This document shows, one piece after another, positions 49,027 to 61,787 of a stretch of DNA of 64,000 nucleotides (positions are counted from its first letter, which is position 1; every line of letters begins with the position of its first letter). The translations under genes were made by a program, and so were the position numbers. The notes beneath the pieces were generated by a model that saw only the letters and a program-made list of their open reading frames with translations, made no database searches and had not been told where the DNA came from. Source of the stretch: Raja brachyura (Eukaryota); the NCBI GenBank assembly GCA_963514005.1, contig OY740792.1:16678001-16742000 (forward strand), read 5' to 3'.

Positions 49027-50948
49027 TGTGATATCTTCTGCTCAGACACAGAACACGAGATGACTCACTAGTTGACTAACCTCCAATTCCAAAGGTAATC
49101 TAGACATGACATCAGCATTACTGTGCTCTGCTGCCTTACCATACTGAATATCATACTCCATTTAAAGCGGGATGGTATGGAGCAACTCTAGTGTGTTTTA
49201 CACCATTCCCTTTCATGAATTGTGAACAGAATTGAGGTCCGTTATCAGACACAATTTCCTCTGGAAATCTATAGGACGCAAACAATCCTCGCAAAATGTC
49301 TATCATTTTGCTGGATGTCGTTTTGTTCATCGGAAACACCTCAACCTACTTGGAGTGACTATCAATCACAATGAACAATTGTTGTCCATCTAACTCTACA
49401 ATGTCAACGTGTAATCTTTGCCACGCTCTAGCCAGCCATTTCCATGGCTGTAGCAGTACTGTTGGTGGATTCTTTCCAACCGCTTGACATGCGCTAGACC
49501 AGGCCATCATAGATAGCTTCTAGCTAGACTCTTTGTTAAACACATTCCCAAATGCTGATCATGAAGATCTCCTAGCAATTTTACTCCATATCTTTCAGGG
49601 ATTACAACTCTCGCTCCCCACATGATACACCCTTGGCCTCCTGAGAGTTCATTCCTATGTACAAATAATGATTTCAGTTCTGCCTCTGAATCCGGCAATT
49701 TGCATGGCCATCCATTTGTAACATACTCCTGCACTCTTGACAAAAGTCTGTCAGTGCGAGTAGCCTTCCGAATGTCCCCTGATGTGATAGGTAACTCATC
49801 TACATGAGATAAATAAAACACGTCCTCTCTGTTTAGGGTAACCTCCAATTCCAAAGGTAATCTAGACATGGCATCAGCATTACTGTGCTCTGCTGCCTTA
49901 CCATACTGAATATCATACTGGTATGCAGACAATATCACGAGTATCACTCCGCCCTGAATAACGGACAAAACTGTGCTAGATGTGAGCCCGAACAGTGATA
50001 GCATGACTTTGCGGTAGTCTAGCTACCCTTCCATGGATAACGATTCTCTGACGTCTTTGTCAACTTATGCGTCTTTGGTTTGCTGGACTGCAGCTTGTTC
50101 AAATCTTCCACTACTTGTCTAGAAGTTGTCCTGACTTTTCTAGAACCCCTCTCTGCCATATCCATTGACAAAGCAGTTTTACAAGCTGTTTCAAATGTCA
50201 GGTCATACACCGTCATCAGCTTACTTTGGATCCGCTCACTTCTCAGTCCACACAAGAAAAGGTCTCTTAACGCCCAATGTTGGAAATTTCCAAAATTACA
50301 ATTAATTGATAGCCTCTTGAGTGCCACAATAAAATGACTAATGTCCTTCTCTGGAAGTTGGCATCTCGTTACAAATCGATAGCTTTCAGCTATTTCTAAG
50401 GGCCTAGGGTCATAATGTTCTGTTAACTTCTTAAGAGTATCCTTCAAAGGCGTGTCCTTTGGTTTGGCTAGAGCTAACAAATTCTTAACCATACATAAAC
50501 ATTGGGACCCATTTCAGTGAGGAAAATTGTTCTTTTCCTAGCTTGAGTTGCTTCATTCATACGTCTTGATTCCGCATCAGAAACTTCTACTTCAGTAATG
50601 TTATACGCAACAAAAACATCTCTAAACGTTCAATGTACGCACTGAACGTTTCCCGGCTTTGCTGGAACTCGCCCAATCGTCCGATGTACCTGCTGGGCAC
50701 CGCAATTTTGGATTTCTAACAATCTCACAGAATTCCAACTTTGTAACCGGATTTTTAGCTTTCCGTGACACCGAAAGTTATACAACATTCCTCGTGCCTC
50801 TGTAGAATCCCTTATCTACACCAACAATTAAAGCTGGGGAATCCACGATCCCTTCCTCGTCGCCATTTTGTGATATCTTATGCTCATACATAAAATACGA
50901 GTTGACTCACTCTATGATCTTTGCTGGTAACCCGAAATCGACTGCACA
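49027..50948 (-). mobile_element. Internally deleted Ty3/Gypsy (Mag-like) LTR retrotransposon
   Basis: gag (AESYRF...LRDLFLCGL), RNase H end (HSNADAMSRLP), integrase (LHDQHLG; IVSDNGPQF). LTR remnants 49027-49069 and 50869-50911 are similar. PBS TGGCGACGAGGAAGGGAT (50865-50848) resembles the complement of the tRNA-Ser(GCU) 3' end. Confidence 0.9.
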
Positions 50949-50999
50949 TTGCACTGCATCTTTGGTGCACTGTGGTTTATTCAATCATTTACAATCCTC

Positions 51000-51290
51000 C
51001 AACCAACCGCCTTTGCGTTTGCAGCTCCTAGACTGTGGAACAGCATCCCTCCTCCCATCAGAACTGCCCCCTCCATCGACTCCTTTAAGTCGGGACTAAT
51101 AACTCATCTCTACTCCCAAGCCTTTCTTGACGTCCTCTGAGCGAGGGCCTGTATATATGTAGTGATGTTTGTATTTAACCTATGAACCATTGTTGCTTGT
51201 GTATACTATTCTTATACCAATGTAAAGCACTTTGGCCAACGTGTTTTTTTAAATGTGCTATATAAATAAAAGGGACATGACTTGACTTGA
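51000..51290 (+). mobile_element. L2-type LINE 3' end
   Basis: AFAFAAPRLWNSIPPPIRTAPSIDSFKSGLITHLYSQAF; tail TGTAAAGCACTTTG...GCTATATAAATAAA then (GACTT)n. Confidence 0.8.
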
Positions 51291-51309
51291 AAGGTGGCAC
51301 TATTACAGC

Positions 51310-51593
51310 AACTTGGTCAATCAATCGCTGGGGCTGTTTCCCTGGTTTGACTACAAATCCCAGAATGCATTTCGGACAACTAACCGCCGCGGCTGTTCCT
51401 CTCCTCGGGTCGGGTAGTCCCGCCCCCTGCCCCCCTTGCTCCTCCCCTTCCCCCCCTCCCCCCCCCCCTCCTCCCGGGGCTGCACGGTCGCTCGCGCGCA
51501 CACATTGTCCAGGTTGACATCCCCGATTGGAACGTGGACCCGGCGCGGGACGGTGTCTTGGTCTCGAGCTCTGCTCTGCTCTGCTGTGCAGCC
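51310..51593 (+). promoter_or_regulatory. CPOX CpG-island promoter/5' UTR with ZNF143-type site
   Basis: GACTACAAATCCCAGAATGCA at 51349-51369, GC-box-like CCCGCCCC at ~51419, ATTGG at ~51526, CpG-rich. Confidence 0.65.
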
Positions 51594-52101
51594 ATGTCGC
51601 GGCTCCTGGCTCTGACCGCGCTGCGCCGCTCCGTGCTGGGCACCAGCAACCCGGCCACTGCTCAGGCTCTCACCGCCGCCAGAGCCCCGCAGTCCGGCGT
51701 CGCTCTCTCCGTCTACACCCCACGAAGCACCGTCGTTTTCCGTTGCTTCTCGGGCAAGACAGCGCGGGCCGCCGGTTTTCGCAAGGGGTTCCTGGTGGGC
51801 ACCGCCGCACTGGTTGGAGTGACGGCAGCCGGCTTTGGCTTCAGACGTAACCGAGCTCTGATGGCTTCCAAGAGCCCGTCTGACCGAGAGCAACAGCACG
51901 CGTTGAATGAAATGTTACAGAAATGCAATCACTTCATGTCGGATCCGGTGACCGATATCAACAAACTGCTGGAAAATAAGGATGACATGAGGACTAAGAT
52001 GGAATTGCTGATCATGGAAGTCCAGGCTGATGTTTGCAAAGCCTTGGCTGAGGTCGAAGGCAGTCAGGTATTCAAAGTAGACCGATGGCAACGCGAAGAA
52101 G
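51594..52101 (+). CDS. CPOX: Coproporphyrinogen-III oxidase, exon 1 (mitochondrial presequence and start of mature enzyme)
   Basis: GCC-ATG; Arg/Ser/Ala-rich leader with a hydrophobic segment; MRTKMELLIMEVQADVCKALAEVE..FKVDRWQREE; phase-1 GT donor. Confidence 0.95.
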
Positions 52102-52787
52102 GTATTTCCCAATACACGTCTACGTGCTGATATCCATGCATGTTGAGTACAATAGAGGAAGTTGTAGGGACACCAGTGTCATTGATGCTGTCAGAGCACT
52201 GTTGCTGACAAAAAATCTTCGAGCTGAGCAGCATTCATTTCCTTTTCTCTACCCTCTGGTTCAACCTGACCTGCTGAGTATTTTCAGCACTTTGCTGCTT
52301 CAATAAACATAATTTTGGTGCTACACGACAGAATGAAGGAACCCTATAACCATTTGCCCTGTCTGAATTCCCATTTTTAAGCTCTTGTATGGGAAATTTG
52401 ATATTGCACCTTGCAATATAGCATATCCTTTCAATATCGCACCTTGCAATATAATGTATCCTTTCTAAGAACGTAGTGCTCAAAACTCTCCACTATATTC
52501 AAGACGTGGCCTGGTTTGGTGCTTGACATCATTGAAGCAAGATGTCCTCTCCTTTATATTATAGTTCCCTCTTAATAAAGGCAAAGATCAGCTCTTAATC
52601 TCAATTATGGTGAAGTACAATTGTAGAAGGAGTCACCTGTATGTTGCTATCCACAACTTAAAGCAAATAAAAATGTGAATCTAATGATTAAGTGAATGCC
52701 CAATGGAAGTATTTTATGTAACATGACTATGGAGATTGAATTAATTTTCTTTTGAAGTATTACTTTGGGACTTGTTTATAATTGCAG

Positions 52788-52931
52788 GTGGTGGTGGTAT
52801 TAGCTGCGTGCTTCAAGATGGGAAAGTCTTCGAGAAAGCTGGGGTCAATGTTTCTGTGGTATTTGGAAATCTTTCCGAAGAAGCTGCAAAACAGATGAAG
52901 AGCAGAGGAAAAACATTGAGGTCAAAAGATG
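52788..52931 (+). CDS. CPOX: CPOX exon 2
   Basis: AG/GT bounded, 144 nt, [36 protein letters not shown]. Confidence 0.97.
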
Positions 52932-52949
52932 GTAATGATCTGAAGTCAA

Positions 52950-53932
52950 AATATACATTAATGATCTGGATGAGGGAATTGAGGGCAATATCTCCAAGTT
53001 TGCGGATGACACTAAGCTGGGGGGAAAGTGTTAGCTGTGAGGAGGATGCTAGGAGACTGCAAGGTGACTTGGATAGGCTGGGTGAGTGGGCAAATGTTTG
53101 GCAGATGCAGTATAATGTGGATAAATGTGAGGTTATCCACTTTGGTGGCAAAAATAGGAAAGCAGACTATTATCTAAATGGTGGCCGATTAGGAAAAGGG
53201 GAGATGCAGCGCGACCTGGGTGTCATGGTACACCAGTCATTGAAAGTAGGCATGCAGGTGCAGCAGGCAGTGAAGAAAGCGAATGGTATGTTAGCTTTCA
53301 TAGCAAAAGGATTTGAGTATAGGAGCAGGGAGGTTCTACTTCAGTTGTATAGGGTCTTGGTGAGACCACACCTGGAGTATTGCGTACAGTTCTGGTCTCC
53401 AAATCTGAGGAAGGACATTATTGCCATAGAGGGAGTGCAGAGAAGGTTCACCAGATTCCTGGGATGTCAGGACTGTTTTATGAAGAAAGACTGGATAGAC
53501 TCGGTTTATACTCTCTAGAATTTAGGAGATTGAGAGGGGATCTTATAGAAACGTACAAAATTCTTAAGGGGTTGGACAAGCTAGATTGCAGGAAGATTGT
53601 TCCCGATGTTGGGGAGGTCCAGGACAAGGGGTCACGGCTTAAGGATAAGGGGGAAATCCTTTAGGACCGAGATGAGAAGGACTTTTTTCACACAGGGAGT
53701 GGTGGGTCTCTGGAACTCTCTGCCACAGAGGGTAGTTGAGGCCAGTTCATTGGCTATATTTAAGAGGGAGTTAGATGTGGCCCTTGTGGCTAAGGGGATC
53801 AGAGGGTATGGAGATAAGGCAGGTACGGGATATTGAGTTGGATGATCAGCCATGATCATATTGAATGGCGGTGCAGGCTCGAAGGGCTGAATGGCCTACT
53901 CCTGCACCTAATTTCTATGTTCTATGTTTCTA
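52950..53932 (+). mobile_element. 5'-truncated young CR1 LINE in CPOX intron 2
   Basis: [18 protein letters not shown] to (TTCTATG)n tail; several frameshifts. Confidence 0.95.
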
Positions 53933-54636
53933 AAGGAGGAATCCTTGGATATGAAATTGTGATTGTACCTCAAAAGCTATTTGGGTAGTACAACAGTTTC
54001 TTTGCTGTCTTTGTCTTTGCTACTTCCATCCCTAATTCTCCAAATATACTCCTAGGTTCCTGACAGATGCCTTTTTGGATTTGGGATCCTTCAGACTGAT
54101 GGCATAGGAAGAGGGGGGTGAGGGTGTAGGGGGTGGGGGTGGGGGGGGGGGGGGTGGTGGGTGAAAGCTGGAAAAGGGAAGTAGGGTTGGGGCTGTGCCT
54201 GATATGATAGGTGGATACTGGTGAGGGGAGGGAGCAGGTGGCAGATGAGTGGAGTAAGTGAGATTAGCTGGAGGTAAAAATAAGACAAAAGCGTGCCGGA
54301 TAAAGGAAGAAGAGGAGGAGTGAAATATAAAACCAGGGGAGGGATATGGGTGGAAAGGGACACTTTCTCTGCACATTAACGCATTCATTTCCTGCTTCCA
54401 ATTCTGATGATTCTGATCTGAAACAAAAACGTTGTTACATTTTTGACAGATGCTGCCTGATCTATTATGTTTTTGCATTTTGCTGTTGTCAAAAGTAGTT
54501 TTATGACACTTTTCAATTTTAACAATGAGCTTATCAGATGATCACATTCACTTGCATTATCTGTAGAATACAACAACATGAATTTCGATTTGTAGCATCG
54601 ACCTGCATGTGATCCCTTTTTACCAGATTTTCATTT

Positions 54637-54878
54637 TAGTTTAGATTAGAGATACAGCCCTTCAGCCCACGCTGACCATCAACCATCCTTTCACGCCAGT
54701 TTTATGTTGTCTCACTTTCTCATCAACACCCCTATACACTAGGGGCAATTTACAGAGGTCAATTCACCTAGAAACCTCCATATTTGTGGGATGCACCTGG
54801 AGAAAACATGCGTGGCACTCAATGTCAGGATCTGGCCCTCTGAGACAGCAGGTCTACCAGCTGCAGCACTCTGCTGTC
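54637..54878 (-). mobile_element. Degenerate HE1-like SINE
   Basis: Similarity to the other SINE copies on the reverse strand. Confidence 0.6.
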
Positions 54879-55064
54879 CAAGGCCTATTTACAGTGGAAG
54901 TTATCCACTTCCAAACAATTTTAGTTGCCATTGGCAGTCACGATGATGTCCTGTCTCTGAGTAGTGCACCTCCTTTGTTTGTTGAAGCGGGATTGATTTG
55001 CGGAGGATGTGTAATAAAGGGAATTCTTTATGCTTAGAAGTTCTGGGTTTGGTTCAGGATATAA

Positions 55065-55307
<243 letters not shown>

Positions 55308-56202
55308 TAGAAAGGCAGGGCTGATTAGGAGTAGTCAGCATGGGTTGTGCATAAGAAATTGTGCCTCACCAATATGATTGAGGTTTCTTAAGGGGAAATG
55401 TTAGAAGGCACTTAGACGGGTACATGGATAGGTAAGAATTGGCGGGATATGGGCCAGGTGCAAGCAAGTGGAACTAGCTCGGTTAAGCACCTTGGTTGGC
55501 ATGGACAAGTTGGGCTGAAGATCCTGTTTCTGTTCTGTATAGTTCGATTACTCAATGTGTGCAGTAATATTGTGTCTGCTAATATTTTACCTTGGGTTAC
55601 TTTTAGAAGCTATAAGTATATTTTTGTTACTGAAAGTTAAAAATACTAAAGTCTGAATGTTGCATTGTTTAATAGAATTTTGTCGCACGAGTGTCATAAT
55701 AATTTATTGCTTTTCACCGGCCACCTACTGTGAAATTGATAGACAATGTTCTTGAGAGACAATGGTATCTGATTATCGGGGGGAGGTTACATGGAAACAA
55801 CTTTTTCCCTGATACTTTTTTTCCCATTACAGCTTTTTTTCTGTTTGACAACTCCTAAAGTAGTTTTTGAGTAATTTTCTAGACATTGGTTAAAATAGCC
55901 ATGGTAGAAATTGCTCCCTAATTTATTAATCATGTTATATCTAATTTATGTTATCAAGACACATATTATAGCAGAGAAGGACTGTTGATGTCACATTAAC
56001 CTGGTGTTTGTGATCAATCTTTAACGTCCGTTTGATACGGCATGTAGATACGCATTTAATCTCTTCAGTTTTCACTCGTGGGGCATGAAGTGCTATTTTT
56101 AAAAAAACAATTACTCTATTCTATAAATTGAATGTTCCTGTAAGTGCGAAGTAAATGTTGCTGTTAGGCTACCCATTAAGTTTGCAAATTCTTGTCTGCA
56201 AG

Positions 56203-56344
56203 GTCAAAAGACATGGTGGTTTGGTGGTGGGACAGATCTGACGCCTACGTACCTAAATAAAGATGATGCAGTTCATTTTCACAAAACTCTCAAGGAGGCC
56301 TGTGATAAACATGATCGAAGTTATTATCCAGCTTTTAAAAAATG
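56203..56344 (+). CDS. CPOX: CPOX exon 4
   Basis: AG/GT bounded, 142 nt, [44 protein letters not shown]. Confidence 0.97.
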
Positions 56345-56854
56345 GTGAGTAAAATGGATAATTTCTAAAATTTACTGCAACATTTCCACAAATGTTTGTG
56401 CAAAGTTGTTGTGAGCTTGTTTTAATGATTAGCCGACCGGAACTTCAGCTGCATGCAGTGAATAACATTAGGTGGGCAATACTTGCTTGTTTGGGAGAAT
56501 CCTCACTGTATGTTATTATTTGCCTGCATTGAATGAAAGCCAACAGGAGGTAAATGGAATTCACAGATAAGAGAAGGGAAAAAACTAGGCAGGCAAAGTT
56601 GCAGAAAATGAACAAACTGTGCGCTTAACAGGAAACACTGAAATATATTAATTGAGTGCAAATTCAAACACTTGCCAGTTTTAAAAAACAATGTTAGATT
56701 TACATGTTTTCTGTTAAAATATTTAAAGTTTCTGATGTAATCCTTTATTTACTTTCCATTGAATATGCCATATTGAAGCTTTCTATCAAAAAAGGGGATA
56801 AGGGAAGATTCCAGCAATAATCACCAAGGAACCACCATAATATCCATTGATTTA

Positions 56855-57290
56855 GAAGCACGGAATTGCACATGCTGGTTTACAAAAAAAGACACAAAGT
56901 GCTGGAGTAACTCAGCAGACCAGGCGGCATCCCTAGAGAACATGGATGTTTGGGATTGCGACACTTTTTCAGACTTTAGTCCGAAGAAGGGTCCCAACCC
57001 AGAACTACACCAATATATGTTCTCCAGGGATGGTGCCTGACCTGCTGAGTTATTCCAGCATTTGTATCTTATAATATCCATTGACCTCCCTTAGTGTTTA
57101 CATCAGAAGCGTAATCCCTATCATCTCTCAATGACAGGTTTTTGGCCAGTCAGTTAGATCAATGTGTAAGATGGAACTACAGATGCTGGTTTAAACTGAA
57201 GATAGACACAAAAAGCTGGAGTAACTCAGCAGAACAGGCAGCATCTCTGGAGAGAAGGAATGGGTGACGTTTCGGGTAGAGACCCTTCTT
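56855..57290. mobile_element. Penelope-derived repeats (inverted pair plus a minus-strand copy)
   Basis: GCTGGAGTAACTCAGC halves in both orientations; hammerhead-like remnants at ~56978 and ~57265-57290. Confidence 0.6.
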
Positions 57291-57634
57291 TAAATCAATG
57301 TTTAGTTAATGCAGTAATTCTTAAATTTTGCTTGGTTGTGTTTGTATTGAGGGCAATTTGGAAGACTTGTAAATTCTTACTGCAATGTTGGCCAAAATAT
57401 TAAATGCCATTCTTGTTTATTCCATTTTCCAACCACATTATTTTATCAAACCTTAGCATGCCCATCTTTGGTATGGATTTTCTATTATTGTCAAGTTGCA
57501 TGGTTACTGCTCTTTACTTGCATCCGTGCCTCACTAAGTTACAAGCCATCTTCAACAATAATTATACCCAGGGTAGAAATGTCAAATATTAGAGGGCATA
57601 GCTTAAAGGTGAGAGGGGAAAATTTTAAAGGAAA

Positions 57635-58251
57635 CTTAACCAAGTGGGACCCGTCCCCTCAACGCATGGTTGCGAGNNNNNNNNNNNNNNNNNNNNNNNN
57701 NNNNNNNNNNNNNNNNNNNNNNNNNNNNNNNNNNNNNNNNNNNNNNNNNNNNNNNNNNNNNNNNNNNNNNNNNNNNNNNNNNNNNNNNNNNNNNNNNNNN
57801 NNNNNNNNNNNNNNATTGGCTCCTTTTACCCCATACCACCCTATCCACTGTCACATAGCCCCCAGCTCGCAGGCACGTCTAGAGGGAGGGGCAGGGAGAG
57901 AGAGGGGAGTAAGGGAGGAGGAGAGGGGGGTCGGCAGCTTGTGGGGGGGGGGCAGCTCGTGGTGGAGGGGAAGTCACTTGCAGACACAGCACGCCGAGCG
58001 ATTGTGACGTCATCAGCCAAAGCCACTGGGTTTCTATTTTCAAAGACATTTCAGATATGTGAACAATTTCACAAATGACTTGAGAAATAAAGCATGAATT
58101 TTTCAGACGAAACAATATTGGACTCCACGGGATAAAACTACAGGAATATATAAAAGATTTCCCGTTCGCGCGTTGTTTTTTCGAGTAGATGTGATCACAC
58201 ACAAACTAATAAACACACACGCGCGCGATCAGACTTTTATAATTATAGAGA
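57635..58251 (-). mobile_element. Non-autonomous Helitron inserted into a CR1 remnant (contains assembly gap 57677-57814)
   Basis: Minus-strand 5' TCTCTATAATTATAAAAGTCTGATC and 3' CGGGTCCCACTTGGTTAAG; CR1-like sequence continues on both sides with no TSD. Confidence 0.7.
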
Positions 58252-58789
58252 ATGTGTGGAGCACAGAGGAAGGTTTATGCTGGGAACATGTTGCCAGAGG
58301 TCAGATACAATAGCGGCATTTACGAGGCTTATACATTTGTTTATAAATAAGCAGGGAATGGAGGGACATGGTTCATGTGCAGGCAAATGAAAGTAGTTTA
58401 TCTTGGCATTGTGGTCGGCACAGACATTGTGGACTGAATGGCCTGTTCCTGTGCAGCGCTTTTCTGCACTGGACTTTGCCGTAATTCACAAAGTATTACA
58501 GCAAAGCATTGTTCTACACACCATTTAGGACCTTTTGAGAGGTGAAACAAGTTCTGTAACTAGTTGTCAGGTTGTCTTAAATGTTAATGAGATGGTTGTA
58601 GATTAGTTAGGATGTCTCACTGTTAGCATTTAATATACAGTAAAATAGACGAGCTATAATTTTTCTTCTGGTACGTTATTCCACGTAAATAGAACATTCT
58701 GTTCTACGTGTTGCGATTGCGAGTTTCGCTGAGATATAATGCAGCGAGTGGAGGAATGGGACAATATGGTTTGGATCAGCTTGAATTCA

Positions 58790-59300
58790 AACATAGAAAC
58801 ATAGAAATTAGGTGCAGGAGTAGGCCATTCGGCCCTTCGAACCTGCACCGCCATTCAATATGATTATGGCTGATCATCCAACTCAGTATCCCGTACCTGC
58901 CTTCTCTCCATACCCTCTGATCCCCTTAGCCACAAGGGCCACATCTAACTCCCTCTTAAATATAGCCAATGAACTGGCCTCAACTACCCTCTGTGGCAGA
59001 GAGTTCCAGAGACCCACCACTCTCTGTGTGAAAAAAATCCTTATCATCTCGGTCCTAAAGGATTTCCCCCTTATCCTTAAGCTGTGACCCCTTGTCCTGG
59101 ACCTCCCCAACATCGGGAACAATCTTCCTGCATCTAGCCTGTCCAACCCCTTAAGAATTTTGTAAGTTTCTATAAGATCCCCTCTCAATCTCCTAAATTC
59201 TAGAGAGTATAAACCGAGTCTATGTAGTCTTTGTTCATAAGACAGTCCTGACATCCCAGGAATCAGTCTGGTGAACCTTCGCTGCACTCCCTCTATGGCA
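58790..59300 (-). mobile_element. Young CR1 LINE 3' fragment
   Basis: ORF 58883-59287 near-identical to the other young CR1 copies. Confidence 0.95.
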
Positions 59301-59873
59301 AAAATTCACTGCTTAACTGCACTTTTGCACCTTAAAGGTTTGCTCTCTTTGTCTGACTATGCCTGATATTTAAAGCTACGTGTGCAGACCACTGGTGAGA
59401 TTTAGAGTAACCATCATGTCGCAAGTACAGCAACCTATTCACATTGATAAGAGTCATAACAGATAAATGACCAAACATATTTGTGAGATTACGTCTGAAT
59501 TTTGTACTTGAAGGCAGATCACAGTGACTTTGGACAAGGATGGCATAATCAGGGGCAAACAAAAGGTCGAGAATGTCAGTCCTTATCACTTACTTAGCAG
59601 TTAGTAGTGGGTGGGTCACTGTTTAAAGTTGATGCTTCACTCAAGATTAATGGTGAAAAGCTCGCTGTATGCTCTACTGTGCATCCAAATGTTTGCTTCA
59701 AAGATTGAGTTTTTTGTTCAACCGCATGGAAAATGTTAGCAGTTTCATAATGCAAAGTCTTTGACTTCCAGCATCCTTGCTAGCCAATATCTCAATTGGT
59801 AATAATACCCTGGTGATGGTATAAGTTTGTCCTTAAACATTTAATGTCAGAGTCTGGCCATGAGAATGCATCT

Positions 59874-60052
59874 TTTAGACTTTAGAGAATTTAGAGATAC
59901 AGTGCAAAAACTGGCTGTTCAGCCCACTGAATCCGCGCCAACCTGCGATCATCCTGTACACCAGCAATATGCCACACACTAGGGACAATTTTACCAAAGC
60001 CAATTATCCTACAAACCTGCATGTCTTTGGAGTGTGGGAGGAAACCGGAAAA
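59874..60052 (-). mobile_element. HE1-like SINE, truncated where the GC-rich element begins
   Basis: SINE tail and body present, head missing. Confidence 0.65.
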
Positions 60053-60640
60053 AGTCACGGAGCTGCGGACTTACCATCGTAGGCCTGGCCAGCCTTGGAG
60101 TGTGTGGAGCGGTGGTGGCTCGCTGCTGCGGCCCGACTCCGGAGCTCCAGCTGCGGCCCGACTCCGGAGCTCCAGCTCCAGCTGCAGATTACACCCGGTG
60201 GACTGTGATATCGGGAGCTCGCGAATCCGGGTGAGAGACCACTTCCCGGAGCTCTGCAACACAACTTCTCCCGCCCGTGTCGCGGGATTGGAACGACCCG
60301 GAGCAGGGCCGTACATCGCCCGGCGCGGCTTTAAATGGCCGCGGGACATTCCAGCGCCCGCCGGGGCTCCAACTTTGTGACTTTTGGGCCTAGAGTGGGG
60401 CCGTACATCGCCAGACGTGGGGCTTCGACATCGGGAGAGAAATGGTGTGGGTTAGAGAGAAGAACTTTGCCTTCCATCACAGTGAGGAGGAGATTCACTG
60501 TGATGGATGTTTGTGTGAATTGAATTGTTTGTGTGTTTTTTTATGAGTTCTGTTTGTATGGCTTGTAGAAACGGAGTTTCGTTTGAGCCTCTCTGAGGTT
60601 CGAATGACAAGTAATCAAATCAAATCATATCAAAATCAAA
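60053..60640 (+). mobile_element. GC-rich non-autonomous retroelement-like repeat, copy 2
   Basis: Aligns with 21500-22030; perfect 13-bp hairpin at 60473-60507; (AAATC)n tail. Confidence 0.7.
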
Positions 60641-60979
60641 GCCCGCGCGCATTTTCAAAGTATAAGAAGTATAGTGTTTGAAATACCTGTCCGGTTAACC
60701 AGGGTGGTAATACTTGGCATCCAAGCACCTACACTGGAAGAGCAGAGGCTTTCATTATATTTTTATAGTTTGAGTATTTTTTTTTACAAAAGTGATTGCC
60801 ACTGAGTTCTATTGCAAGGAATCTTTCTCTCCCTCCACTACTCTGCTATTAATCACTCTAGCAGCTGCAATGGTCACAACTGTCCATGTAATTTGGCATC
60901 GGGGACTAATTAACAATTGATCTTAATTCTTATGGTGAATGTCACATTCTAGCGTGGAGTAATTTTGTAGACTTGGAAG

Positions 60980-61180
60980 ATAGACAAAAGTGCTGGAGAA
61001 ACTCAGCAGCAGCATCTATGGAGCAAAGGAAATAGGCAATGTTTCGGGCCGAAACCCTTCTTCAGGCCTGAAACGTTGCCTATTTCCTCCACTCCATAGA
61101 TGCTGCTGCACCCGCTGAATTTCTGCAACACTTTTGTCTACCTTTGATTTTCCAGCATCTGCAGTTCCTTCTTAAACACT
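60980..61180. repeat. Palindromic Penelope-derived repeat
   Basis: TAGACAAAAGTGCTGGAGAAACTCAGC... pairs with ...GCTGAATTTCTGCAACACTTTTGTCTA; centre has overlapping hammerhead-like remnants. Confidence 0.75.
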
Positions 61181-61568
61181 TTGTCTACTCCACTGCGAAA
61201 TCTCCTCAAGGTATGCCTACTTTTGGAACTCCAGAGAGATCCAAAAGGATGGTTTGTGCTTAATCATTAATTGCAGTAGGTAATAATTTCAAACTCTTGT
61301 CACATGAAAGTTATTTATGGTTTTTGCTTTGCACGTAATAAAAGTGAATGCATCCTTCTGAAGTTTATAATCTTTGCCAGCTCTAACCTTCAAATTAATG
61401 TTCCTCCAATTCTGGCCCCAAAGTACAAATTACATTCGTAATCATGTCAAAATGTGCATTAGTATGTGCACCACCATAGTCAACACATGGTTATTAAACG
61501 TGGGAGAAAAAGGAATTGGGAATGTTTATTATTATGTAACTGCCACCTTCCCACTTTTCCACATGAAG

Positions 61569-61787
61569 GTGCGACAATTATTTTGTCATCACGCATCGTG
61601 GAGAGCGGAGAGGAGTGGGCGGTATATTCTTTGATGACTTGGATTCACCCTCCGCGGAAGAGCTCTTCAAATTTGTACGCAGCTGTGCCCAGGCAGTGGT
61701 TCCATGCTATGTTCCCATTGTGAAGAAGCACGTCCATGACACGTTTACACCAGAGCAAAAAGCATGGCAGCAGCTCCGAAGAGGCAG
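61569..61787 (+). CDS. CPOX: CPOX exon 5
   Basis: AG/GT bounded, 219 nt, [28 protein letters not shown]...WQQLRRGR; phases match exon 4. Confidence 0.97.

Noticed and set aside
51534-51593. Upstream GTG start extending the CPOX N-terminus
   Set aside because: Artefact of alternative-start ORF calling; GCC-ATG at 51594 begins a typical mitochondrial presequence
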